From a bacterium (GTDB lineage Bacteria; Bacteroidota; Ignavibacteria; UBA10030), in assembly GCA_043803945.1 (NCBI GenBank), contig JAZDJN010000095.1:72542-136541 (forward strand): DNA of 64,000 bases, given 5' to 3'. This document shows positions 50,962 to 60,328 of this stretch, one piece after another; the stretch's first letter is position 1, and each line of letters starts with the position of its first letter. Below the pieces are notes generated by a model that was not told the DNA's origin, searched no databases, and saw only the letters and a list, made by a program, of their open reading frames with translations. The position numbers and the translations under genes were made by a program.

Positions 50962-53751
50962 TCATTTTCGGACGCAACGGAAACCAGCACCGATGCCTGA
51001 GTTAGATGGGTAGTACCAATCAGCGCGATAGGCCGCACGAGACATATAGTCGGGGTGGCCATACGACCCGCCCCGAATCACACGGTATGTCCCCAAAGAT
51101 GGGCCCTTCGGATCTGTCTGCAGAGTGCTCGTATATGCGACATACCAATCCCAACACCACTCCCAGACATTGCCACTCATGTCGTAGGTACCCAGTTCAT
51201 TGGCAGCTTTTTGACCTACCGAGTGAGTGGTGCCTCCGTTTTTTTCATACCATGCTACGTCACCAACAGTATTGCTTCCGCTGTAAGTATAGCCGTGGGT
51301 TTTGGTCCCTCCCCGTGCAGCAAATTCCCATTCTGCTTCGGTGGGTAAACGGTACCCGTTGGCGTTCCATTTCACCGCATCGTTGTTGATATCCGTCTGA
51401 CCGGTGCGATAGATGGTGCTTTGCGTGCCGTTTGTATAAAAGACCGGGGTCAAGCCTTCTTTTTCCGAACGCGCATTGCACCATTTCACGACATCGTACC
51501 AGGACACATCGGTAACTGGGTTGTTCGATCCAACGGGGCTGTATCCATTCTGTCCGACGGAAAGATCCGTGTAGCCGTGCGTCAAGCTCCAGTTGCGCAC
51601 ATCGGTCCATTTCTCGTACGTGATCTCGGTTTTGTCAATGTAGAATGCCGCGAGCGTCACTGAATGTGGTGGACTTGCCAAATTATCATTTGCATCATTG
51701 CTTCCCATTTGGAATGTGCCACCAGCGACCAGAACCAATTCTTGGGAGACCGTAGAACTGGTAGTTACAAAAGACCAAACGGGTCCATTCGTAGATGCCC
51801 CCTTGCTGTCTTTTGCTATAATCTTCCAGTAGTAGGTTTCGCCATTCGCGAGTCCGGACCGTGCCATCGAAGCCGCATTTTGCCCCGTGGCGACCTGAGT
51901 AGTCGGTGGATTGCTTGTCCCGAAATAGACATCGTATGTCAATAGATCACCATCTGGATCGCTGCAATACCAACTGAGAGTCAAAGATGTTGGTTGAGGC
52001 CCCGCATAATTTGATGGAATAGGATTTGACGGAGCCGCCGGCGGATTGTTTGTCGGGGTTGCCGTTGTAAAGCTCCAAACTGGGCCAGTGGTTGTCGCCC
52101 CCTTGCTGTCATTTGCCACCACCTTCCAGTAATAGGTCGTGCCGCCAGACAGCCCACTCCAACTAATATTGGCTGCTGTTTGATTTGTGGCTATTGGCGC
52201 GGTGGGATAACCGCTTGTCTCTAAATACACATCGTACGTTAGAACGTCACCATCCGGATCGCTGCAAGCCCATCTGAGGGTTGGGGAGGTAGAAACTCCT
52301 GTGGAAGCGTTTGTAGGATTGGGATTTGATGGAACTGCCGGTGCATTATTTGACACGTTCGCAGTTGTAAAGCGCCAAACGGGACCGGTGGTTGTCGCCC
52401 CCTTGTTGTCCTTTGTCACCACTTTCCAATAATAGGTGGTACTAACCAACAATCCGCTTCTGCTGATACTGGTATTTATCTGATCAGTTGCAACTTTCGT
52501 TGTTGGATTGCTGCTCGTTCCAAAATAGACATCATATGCTAGTGCGTCACCGTCTGGATCACTGCCCATCCAGCTGAGAGTCAAAGATGTTGGTTGTCCC
52601 GCCGCCCAATCTGACGGAGAAGGATCGAATGGTTCATCCGGAAGAAGATTCTTATCATATTCATTTATGATGGAATTATTATTATCGTCAGGGGCCAAGG
52701 CGAGACCACTATATTGAAAGGGAGCATTGTCGGTTGAAAGAAAAATCCCATCCCGAGGTCTGTTCATGCCATCCTGATATGTATCCCAAATACAGATGTA
52801 ATAGAGCGATACTTCAAAGTAGTATTGTTTGGAAACCTCGGGTGCCGTATTGCCAAAAACAAATAGCACAGGCTCAGCGGAAAAGTATTCTAGTTGCTGG
52901 GAGAGTAACAGATTTGAACTTTGCCACACCGTCTTGTTCTCTGCAAGCAGACCCTCTATGATCAAGATCTTTCGAAATGGCTCTTGAATATTGTAAAATC
53001 CCATTTGGTAGATTTTTTGTTCAATGGTTTTGTCCGCCCAATAGTCGATTTTCTCCTTCAGTTTTACTCTGATGAAGACTTTGGCTTTATCTGACTGTTT
53101 CATCAACTCTTCAATGTTGGGTCTCCCCCTCCATTGCTCTCCCCATTTTGTGGGAACATCTCTGAGGGGTGTGGTAAATTTGACATTGACGGCAATTCTC
53201 CCGTTCTGAGTCTTATATGGTAGGATATTGAATTTGAAGTTCGTTTCCCCGACCGCGAAAGTTGTAAAATGATTCGTAAATGCAGTCATGGTACTCGCAG
53301 TCGAGTTCAGCGTGGGAATTGGTTTCCAAATGAAATCGAGGTCATCATAAAAGTATATCCTCCTGCCCGCGCCCATCTGAGATGTATTGTATGGGATTGT
53401 AATCCTAGCCGGCTTGTCAAAAACAAGTCCGTTTGGTTGACAATCTACAAACACGCGTGTCGTGTCGTTTTCGAAATCATACATACTGGTTGGAACTCGC
53501 AATTGAATCAGTTGATTCGACTGTAATGCACCGTCCGGAATTACAATCTTCGCCCCTTGCAGCTTGCTCTTGGGGTCTGTCACTTGAACCGTACCGCCTT
53601 GTGTTGAAATCGTACCAGAATTTTCAAACGTGACATTCTGATTCCCAGGAGGTTGAGTCGAGACCGGATCGGAGCTTTTCTTGCATCCAGAGAAAACACT
53701 GGCAACAAATAGAAAGGAGAATATAAATTTCGTTTGCAAACATTTTATCAT
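50962..53751 (-). CDS. Lipoprotein with ZU5-like domain, three FN3-like repeats and C-terminal FGE-sulfatase domain
   Basis: Lipobox FSGC; GG.V...GAKIVIPDGAL/TNHFTTF; 3x W..SDPDGD.L.YDVY; YRLPTEAEWEFAARGG, YDMSGNVWEW and GFRC motifs. Confidence 0.88.
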   Translation of the reverse strand: MIKCLQTKFIFSFLFVASVFSGCKKSSDPVSTQPPGNQNVTFENSGTISTQGGTVQVTDPKSKLQGAKIVIPDGALQSNQLIQLRVPTSMYDFENDTTRVFVDCQPNGLVFDKPARITIPYNTSQMGAGRRIYFYDDLDFIWKPIPTLNSTASTMTAFTNHFTTFAVGETNFKFNILPYKTQNGRIAVNVKFTTPLRDVPTKWGEQWRGRPNIEELMKQSDKAKVFIRVKLKEKIDYWADKTIEQKIYQMGFYNIQEPFRKILIIEGLLAENKTVWQSSNLLLSQQLEYFSAEPVLFVFGNTAPEVSKQYYFEVSLYYICIWDTYQDGMNRPRDGIFLSTDNAPFQYSGLALAPDDNNNSIINEYDKNLLPDEPFDPSPSDWAAGQPTSLTLSWMGSDPDGDALAYDVYFGTSSNPTTKVATDQINTSISRSGLLVSTTYYWKVVTKDNKGATTTGPVWRFTTANVSNNAPAVPSNPNPTNASTGVSTSPTLRWACSDPDGDVLTYDVYLETSGYPTAPIATNQTAANISWSGLSGGTTYYWKVVANDSKGATTTGPVWSFTTATPTNNPPAAPSNPIPSNYAGPQPTSLTLSWYCSDPDGDLLTYDVYFGTSNPPTTQVATGQNAASMARSGLANGETYYWKIIAKDSKGASTNGPVWSFVTTSSTVSQELVLVAGGTFQMGSNDANDNLASPPHSVTLAAFYIDKTEITYEKWTDVRNWSLTHGYTDLSVGQNGYSPVGSNNPVTDVSWYDVVKWCNARSEKEGLTPVFYTNGTQSTIYRTGQTDINNDAVKWNANGYRLPTEAEWEFAARGGTKTHGYTYSGSNTVGDVAWYEKNGGTTHSVGQKAANELGTYDMSGNVWEWCWDWYVAYTSTLQTDPKGPSLGTYRVIRGGSYGHPDYMSRAAYRADWYYPSNSGIGAGFRCVRK
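51770..52645 (-). repeat. Three intragenic ~300-bp tandem repeats encoding FN3-like domains
   Basis: Recurring SDPDGD..YDVY...TYYWK...DSKGA.T.GPVW.F blocks with DNA-level similarity. Confidence 0.85.
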
Positions 53752-53888
53752 CAGTTACCCCAGCATTTTTGATTGGGCCAGGAACCAAACGATTATCATT
53801 ACCTTTCAAGTCCCTAGTTGAAAATGGCAACCCTTAAGTTTCTGAAAACTTCAAAATCATGCTTGTTGAATGTAATGCCACCATTCTG

Positions 53889-55310
53889 TTATCGAAGCAA
53901 GAGCATCTTATTCGTAACACAGAATTCGCTCGTTACTAGTGAGTAGTAATACACGCCGCTAGCAAGATTAGCTGCATTAAAGCTTGCTCTGTGAGTTCCA
54001 ACTGTGCGATAGCTGTCAACGAGCCGAGCGATCTCTTGACCGAGAGAATTGTAAACAATAAGCTTAACCAATCCTTCTTTTGGGAGGTCGAACGAAATGA
54101 TTGTCGATGGGTTAAATGGGTTCGGATAGTTGGCAACTTTGAATTCCTTTGGAGTCTCACCAGTTTCTAACATTGATTTTACAGGAAAAGGATTAGAGTT
54201 AACTTCTGAAGAGGCAAAAGGATTAGGGATACTATTTTGAACATACATCGCACCATCCTCGATAGCAGAAACATTACGTGAGGCATTTACAGATACCTTG
54301 TAACTCGCATTTCCAAGATTTCCAGAAGCATCTTTAACTGCCAAACTGATGTTGTAAACTCTTCCATTGCCATTTTCTATCCGTTCAGCTCGTACCTGAA
54401 CCGACTTGCAGTTTTCCGCTATCAAGATATCATTTATCGTATTTCCATCAGCATCACCAGGTACATTCTCTGCTTCATCGCTAGATACTGAGGTTATATA
54501 CACGTTTGATTTGTCTATATTCCCTCCATCTGCATCCACTACAGAGTAAACAAAGTCTGCCGTTTTAAAGGTCACATATTTATGATTGGGGGGCCACAAA
54601 CTCGCTGGAGAAACGAGAGTAATAACTGGGGGATGATTTTGATTTGGAATCCTCGCTATATTAGATATCCGAACCTCGTCGATAACACCATTCAATGGAT
54701 TACTCCCAAAATAGTCAGCGATGACTAAGTCCGTCACATCGGAGTTCATCGTAGCAGATAATTGTACTGAGGTTTCTTGAACCTCATCAAAATATATTTT
54801 CGCTGTGTTTCCATCCCAGGAACAAGTCAAACGCGTCCACTTCATCAACGGAAAGGGATGGGTCGAGAACACTGTTGATCCATCTTGAGCAGACATCCAA
54901 GCTATTCTACCATCGCCCCACACCATACAAACGACTGAATTATATCGTGAGCCGGTAAACTTATGCAGTATACCATTGCCGCCATCTAAATTATCCGGAT
55001 AAGCATTGAGATAGACCCACGCCTCAAACGTAACAGCATTTGTTGTGAAAGCAATATTTGGCACTATGATCTTGTCACCTCGTTTTGTGACACTTCGTGC
55101 CATTCCATACTTCCCAGAAACAATTGAAGTCCCAACTGCCGTCGCATTATTCGCATTGCTACTGGCATCAAGAATTGTAGAACCTCCCGATTCGTTAAAA
55201 TGAAAAAGAAGCACCGTATTTGCATCTGGTTGGTACTGTGCTGAGGCACTGTATGTACAGACTAGACAAATAAGCATTGCCTTCAGAAATGAAAAATGTA
55301 GTTTGGTCAT
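53889..55310 (-). CDS. T9SS cargo protein: LamG domain, WPPNHK-type Ig domain and C-terminal sorting domain
   Basis: Signal peptide from ATG 55310; IDEVRIS; LWPPNHKY...LRAER-like GNGRVY; NYPNPFNPST...SGVYYY...KMLLLR. Confidence 0.88.
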   Translation of the reverse strand: MTKLHFSFLKAMLICLVCTYSASAQYQPDANTVLLFHFNESGGSTILDASSNANNATAVGTSIVSGKYGMARSVTKRGDKIIVPNIAFTTNAVTFEAWVYLNAYPDNLDGGNGILHKFTGSRYNSVVCMVWGDGRIAWMSAQDGSTVFSTHPFPLMKWTRLTCSWDGNTAKIYFDEVQETSVQLSATMNSDVTDLVIADYFGSNPLNGVIDEVRISNIARIPNQNHPPVITLVSPASLWPPNHKYVTFKTADFVYSVVDADGGNIDKSNVYITSVSSDEAENVPGDADGNTINDILIAENCKSVQVRAERIENGNGRVYNISLAVKDASGNLGNASYKVSVNASRNVSAIEDGAMYVQNSIPNPFASSEVNSNPFPVKSMLETGETPKEFKVANYPNPFNPSTIISFDLPKEGLVKLIVYNSLGQEIARLVDSYRTVGTHRASFNAANLASGVYYYSLVTSEFCVTNKMLLLR

Positions 55311-55459
55311 GGTAGATCCTCCTATGATGAAGTTTGAGCAATAAAAAGAGGTGGTATTGCTTTTTTCATTGAATGTTCTGGGATAACTTTCCTTGTCGCT
55401 GTACACAAATCTTTCGCATATCACAAGTTAATCCTTGCAACTCAACGGTCCCGCAGAAA

Positions 55460-55499
55460 ACAAAAATCCCCAGACTCTCAATTTTGAATCTGGGGACCT
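55460..55499 (-). terminator. Intrinsic terminator after anti-sigma-like gene
   Basis: Minus strand: GTCCCCAGAttc...agTCTGGGGATTTTTGTTTT. Confidence 0.6.
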
Positions 55500-55527
55500 G
55501 TCAATCTAAATATCGATACATCTACAT

Positions 55528-56907
55528 CTATTTGGGCGTTTGTAGTACCCTTGTCTTGCTATATGACCATTGTATACCGTCCCAGTACTCCACACTTCTT
55601 CTCAATTCCTCCAAATAAGAATCGTTGATCTCCCCGTGCAGCTTCCCTTCTTTCTTGAGTTGTTCATAGTTCCTTTTCGTGTCGTCAACCGATGTTACAC
55701 TGAGGCAATCCATATTCGATGAAAAGACGAATCTGAAGATACCTTTAGAGCTCGCGTCCTCAACGGATGCTTCGAATCTATCCCCTCCACCGATTATCTT
55801 TGTAACCCTAGGCTTTGGCAAGTCACCCAGGTCCCACAAATCACAAGAGGGGAAGGTAATGTAGTATTCTTCCGCAACGCTTTTCGTAAAGCCAAAACCT
55901 GGGGTTGTTGTGGCTTCCGATTTCCCTTTGATTCTCTCGGGGTTGAGAACGGCAAGCATCGCTTTCTGTAAGACGTCGTTGATTCCACACAATACAAGCT
56001 GTTTTCTCCCATCCTTTCTCAGATCGATCGAAAACAATCCTGAAACCCGGCCATAGTGCCAGTACGATCCTAAGACGTTCCCGTTACCATCAAGCCTATA
56101 GATAACAGAAGGTGAATCATAATGATCGACTCCTACAATGATGTCCTTTACACCTTTTCCAGAAAAGTCGTCAACTACAATTCCTCGCCCCAAGAAATTC
56201 ATTGCAAATGGTTTACCAACGAATGCGAAATCCTCGCCTAATGGCGTTGCAAAAGTCTGATTCTTTTCATCGTCATACGCTTGTACAATTACTATACCAT
56301 TCTTTTGTGGGCTTACACCTAATTCAGGGATGATCGAAAAAACCAGCCACTCGCCATTTCCAAAAGGATCAGCAACAACAAATGCCGTCCTTCCAAGTTT
56401 CCGATCATCTGGCGATGGTTGGTAAGATGAGATCCATGGCAACGTCCATACGGTATCGGAATTCCTGTTAAGTGCCTCAAGCCTTCCCAATGCCGCATTT
56501 GCATGGACTTCGAAAAGATCACGGTTTTTATCACCGATTGAAGTTATCCATGGTATTACACTCATTGCACCCACCACAATAGCGATGGCGCCTATTGTTG
56601 ATATAGAAGCAGCAATTGGTCTGTTAAGAGCAAATGCCCACATTCTTGCTGGAAGTCGTGATATCGATGGGGTACTGTAATGGACAACTTCTGGACGCGC
56701 AACCACGATCTCATCTTTCCGTGCAGGCAGCGCAACCTGCCCCCTCAAACTCGTATCGAGTTCACTATAGAACTGAGAAATTTGATCAGCCAGTTCTCGA
56801 CAACCGTTGCACCCGCTCAGATGAAGTTCAATATCCTTTCGTTCCTCCGCAATGAGGTCACTCTTGCGAACGAATAATTCTAGCTTGTGTTCGTCGTAAT
56901 GTTTCAC
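55528..56907 (-). CDS. Zn-finger anti-sigma-like membrane protein with extracytoplasmic beta-propeller-like domain
   Basis: H...HLSGCNGC (ZAS-type HxxxCxxC), one TM helix, FG-GAP-like DxxGxG repeats. Confidence 0.65.
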   Translation of the reverse strand: MKHYDEHKLELFVRKSDLIAEERKDIELHLSGCNGCRELADQISQFYSELDTSLRGQVALPARKDEIVVARPEVVHYSTPSISRLPARMWAFALNRPIAASISTIGAIAIVVGAMSVIPWITSIGDKNRDLFEVHANAALGRLEALNRNSDTVWTLPWISSYQPSPDDRKLGRTAFVVADPFGNGEWLVFSIIPELGVSPQKNGIVIVQAYDDEKNQTFATPLGEDFAFVGKPFAMNFLGRGIVVDDFSGKGVKDIIVGVDHYDSPSVIYRLDGNGNVLGSYWHYGRVSGLFSIDLRKDGRKQLVLCGINDVLQKAMLAVLNPERIKGKSEATTTPGFGFTKSVAEEYYITFPSCDLWDLGDLPKPRVTKIIGGGDRFEASVEDASSKGIFRFVFSSNMDCLSVTSVDDTKRNYEQLKKEGKLHGEINDSYLEELRRSVEYWDGIQWSYSKTRVLQTPK

Positions 56908-56982
56908 AAATTCCTTTGAGTCGTCTTACTTCGTCTCTCGTTGGTAGTCTATCCTTGCAATTGATCAAGGAAGCAGAATCAG

Positions 56983-58047
56983 CTACAGTAACTCAACAAG
57001 TCGATCCCTCACAGCTTTCTTTGCGAGCTTCGCCATATACTCAAACTTCGTGCGATGAAGACGAAGATAATCAGCCCGTGTCAATTCTTGTGAATGTCTT
57101 TGCAAGTAGTCATAATACTCACATTCCGAACCGTTACTGAGTATGAACGTATCTTCCAATAGATCCTTTAAGGCGGACCCATAAGCCTCGAATGTCGTCT
57201 CATCTAACTTTCCGGATAAAACGTACCTAACCCGTAGATCTTTGATTAGGACAGCAAACGACTCCTCGAATAGATTTGTCAAATCAACGCTCGTTGACGA
57301 ATCTCCCGATATTGTCGCCTCACCGAGTTCAGCCTGCCTCCTAACGATGGTTCGCTTGACTACGATCGCCAGATCTGTAAGTGCGAAGAAATTTCTGCAT
57401 TCTTTATTCTGGCTGAATAAGCGTGAGAAAATCCGCAGATATTCTCCTGCTGAGAGCGCTTTTCCAACCACCCGTGCAAAATCTCTTTCCAGCTCAACGA
57501 TAGGGTATTCAGCTTGCTGCTCGCGCCTTTCATTTGAAACATCGAAGACGATGAAAAGTTCACCAAATCGCTCTATGATTTGCAATCCCCTCATTTTTCC
57601 GACAGCAAGCTTTAGATTTCGGAGAATCTTACTGAGTATCGGGTCGTTCTCCCGATACATCCGAAAAATTCCATCAGACAACTTACGAAACACGAAGGTC
57701 CTGAAATGGAACAAGGCATCGTCTGGTGATAGAGAGTTAAGATCGCGATCTTCACTGAAGAAATCTTCTAGCTCAATGAATCGACTTTCTTCATCTCGTT
57801 CAAACACTTCTGCGATGCAATCGAGAGCAACAGACTCCAATCGAACCGGTAATGACTGAAGATGAACTCTTCCGGAATTAATCAGTTGGCGTAATCTTAT
57901 AATCGCCATACGGTGTGCTATGCCAATAAGAGCATTGACTTCTCTTAGTGTCGCACAACCATTAAGAGATGCTTTAAGAAGGGAATATGTATAATCGGCA
58001 TTCACATCATACCTCGATTGACCTAAAGCTTGACCGTCTACCTCCAA
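56983..58047 (-). CDS. Hypothetical helical protein, possible divergent ECF sigma-like factor (start may be GTG 58005)
   Basis: Directly upstream of the ZAS-type gene; N-terminal segment loosely resembles sigma region 2. Confidence 0.45.
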   Translation of the reverse strand: MEVDGQALGQSRYDVNADYTYSLLKASLNGCATLREVNALIGIAHRMAIIRLRQLINSGRVHLQSLPVRLESVALDCIAEVFERDEESRFIELEDFFSEDRDLNSLSPDDALFHFRTFVFRKLSDGIFRMYRENDPILSKILRNLKLAVGKMRGLQIIERFGELFIVFDVSNERREQQAEYPIVELERDFARVVGKALSAGEYLRIFSRLFSQNKECRNFFALTDLAIVVKRTIVRRQAELGEATISGDSSTSVDLTNLFEESFAVLIKDLRVRYVLSGKLDETTFEAYGSALKDLLEDTFILSNGSECEYYDYLQRHSQELTRADYLRLHRTKFEYMAKLAKKAVRDRLVELL

Positions 58048-58124
58048 TCAACACAACAAAATGCAAATAATTATTGCTCTATGCATAATGCCATTGAAAA
58101 AATGCCCGCCATAAATATTATTCT

Positions 58125-59066
58125 TTATATAACTGCACTCTCCAGAACCTCGAACGACATGTTCTTAGTATCCACCTGGGCACGAACGCCGAGAGGGATT
58201 GTAAGCTTCTTCGGAATGTGTCCATATTGACAGTTCGTCAGCGTCGGACACTCAACCTTGGTCAGGAAATCCTCAAGAACCTGGTCGATGGTCAAGTGCG
58301 GCTTCGCAGGATCAGAGGGTACACAATCGGTGAATTTTCCAAGCACCAGAGCAGCGATTGAGCGGAAATATCCTGCATGAAAAAGCTGTGCAATCATGCG
58401 GTCGACCCGGTGAGGCGCTTCATCCACATCTTCGAGAATCAGCACGGCCTTTCTGAAGTCAGGACAATATGGTGTTGCCAGCAGCGACATCATAAGCGAG
58501 AAGTTGCCCCCGAGGAGAAGTCCCGAGGCCTTTCCGGTTCCGTGGGATGTGAGCGGTTCATTGTCGGGATTCTTAAGGGTGCCGATTTTTTTTGTCGAAG
58601 TGAGGACGCGCCAGAAATGTTCTTCAGAGAATGGATCAAACGAATCCCAGAGTTCAACGCCAACCATCGGGCCGGAAAATGTTACGAGTCCGGTTTTTTT
58701 AAAGATGGAAAGTTGAAGAGCAGTAAGGTCGCTGTAGCCAACGATGATTTTTGGGTGACGGCGCAGCGAGCGGTAATCGACCAGATGAAGGAGCCGCGGT
58801 GTTCCATACCCGCCGCGAATAGCAAAGATTGCTTTTACCTGCGGATTGCAGATCATCTCGTTGAGGTCTCCGGCACGCTCCTCGTCCGTTCCAGCCAGAT
58901 AACCGTTTTGAGCCATAGCGTGCTTGCCGACGATTGTACGGTACCCGAGCGTTTCAAGATAGCGCACACCCTTATCAATTTTCTCTTGTGCTGATGGAGG
59001 GCTGGCAGGAGAAATCAATCCAATCAGATCGCCTTTCCGAAGTCGCTCTGGTTTAAGTATATTCAT
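58125..59066 (-). CDS. ldcA: LD-carboxypeptidase (peptidase S66)
   Basis: YLAGTDEERA, IRGGYG, GYSDLT, GGNFS, LEDVDE and YGH motifs. Confidence 0.92.
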   Translation of the reverse strand: MNILKPERLRKGDLIGLISPASPPSAQEKIDKGVRYLETLGYRTIVGKHAMAQNGYLAGTDEERAGDLNEMICNPQVKAIFAIRGGYGTPRLLHLVDYRSLRRHPKIIVGYSDLTALQLSIFKKTGLVTFSGPMVGVELWDSFDPFSEEHFWRVLTSTKKIGTLKNPDNEPLTSHGTGKASGLLLGGNFSLMMSLLATPYCPDFRKAVLILEDVDEAPHRVDRMIAQLFHAGYFRSIAALVLGKFTDCVPSDPAKPHLTIDQVLEDFLTKVECPTLTNCQYGHIPKKLTIPLGVRAQVDTKNMSFEVLESAVI

Positions 59067-59108
59067 CGGTCATCCTCTCAAAGTGATGCATTGAAATGAT
59101 CTGAAATC

Positions 59109-59309
59109 GTAATTACTCAGCAAACAATGTTCTGCATTAAGAAAACCTGATAATAGAACACAGATGACACAAGAAAACCACTGATCATCACAGATAATAT
59201 TTTAAGAGCCTATTGAGGGTATTCATTTCTCGGATTAATAAGGGTCTTGTGTCGATCTTGTATTTTTCAGTGTCATCAGTGTTCAAATATTTTCTCACTG
59301 AGCAGTTAC
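59109..59309. mobile_element. MITE-like element with 12-bp TIRs and 8-bp target-site duplication
   Basis: CTGAAATC | GTAATTACTCAG ... CTGAGCAGTTAC | CTGAAATC; internal inverted arms GAACACAGATGACAC / GTGTCATCAGTGTTC. Confidence 0.85.
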
Positions 59310-59476
59310 CTGAAATCTTAATAGAGAAAGGTAGTAAGAAAGAAAACGAATGCAAAGAGGAAGATATTCTACTATTATTGCTTTTGAATGTTTAAATTAT
59401 TTCTTTTCTGAAGGCTATAGAGCATCTTGCTACATTCGTAACCAAAAGAATGCCGTAACTTTGTTACCAGTACGTC

Positions 59477-60328
59477 ATGACTATCGCTAACAGAACATCG
59501 CTCGATGCACTTGTGTCCCGCATCGAGTTAATACTTACGGAAGCACGCACCAATGTCATCCGCACGGTGAACAGCCAGATGGTGCGTGCCCACTGGCTAA
59601 TCGGCAGGGAAATTATCGAAGAGGAACAGAAAGGAAGGCATCGGGCGGGGTATAGCGAGTCGATCATAGAAAATCTCTCCACTAGCCTCATGCAGGAGCA
59701 TGGAAAAGGATTCACACCAACCAACCTCAAATACATGCGGCTCTTTTACCTGACCTATCCTAACCTGTTGACAAAGGAAATTCGTCACGCGGCGCGTGAC
59801 CAATCCATGGTCCCCGGAAGCTTCAATGAAAATCTCTCCTGGACACACTACCGTTTACTGACAAAGGTGGAATCAAATCTGGCCCGCTCATTTTACGAGA
59901 TTGAAACTGTCAGAAATCGATGGTCATCAAGAGAATTGGAACGGCAATTCAACAGCCTCCTATTCGAGCGGCTGGCAAAGAGCCGGGATAAAAGAGGGGT
60001 TCTGGCGCTTGCTGCACGCGGGCACGAAATTCAGAAGTTAAGCCATGCCGACCTTGGACAAATGCAGTTGTACGTAAACTACTACGATGAACAGAAGCGT
60101 ACAACAGGCGACAATCCAACCATTGGACTGATCCTGTGCACAGATAAGAACGACGCTGTTGTGAAGTACACACTTGGCAAGGGTAGCAGACAAATATTTG
60201 CAAGCAGATACAAGCTTTACCTGCCGACAGAAAAGGAGCTTGTGGAAGAGATGAGGAGAGAATTAATGGAAGCAAATAAGAATCACATAGTTGCATCCCA
60301 AAACTTTAAGGATATGGAGGCAAAATGA
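59477..60328 (+). CDS. YhcG/DUF1016 family protein with internal in-frame deletion of the PD-(D/E)xK core
   Basis: DUF1016_N motifs (W.IGREI, NLKYMRLFY, LSWTHY, WSSRELERQ) joined directly to LSHADLGQMQLY...NPTIGLILC. Confidence 0.8.
   Translation: MTIANRTSLDALVSRIELILTEARTNVIRTVNSQMVRAHWLIGREIIEEEQKGRHRAGYSESIIENLSTSLMQEHGKGFTPTNLKYMRLFYLTYPNLLTKEIRHAARDQSMVPGSFNENLSWTHYRLLTKVESNLARSFYEIETVRNRWSSRELERQFNSLLFERLAKSRDKRGVLALAARGHEIQKLSHADLGQMQLYVNYYDEQKRTTGDNPTIGLILCTDKNDAVVKYTLGKGSRQIFASRYKLYLPTEKELVEEMRRELMEANKNHIVASQNFKDMEAK

Larger units (their letters stand above)
48720..58090. mobile_element. Putative accessory/genomic island (boundaries approximate)
   Basis: AT-richer block between purN and the LD-carboxypeptidase gene, with an integrase, gene remnants and surface-protein genes; no att repeats identified. 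Confidence 0.5.

Noticed and set aside
48993-51240. Diversity-generating retroelement (FGE fragment as template repeat for the lipoprotein C-terminus)
   Set aside because: The two copies differ at many non-adenine and synonymous positions, and no reverse transcriptase or Avd gene is in the window.
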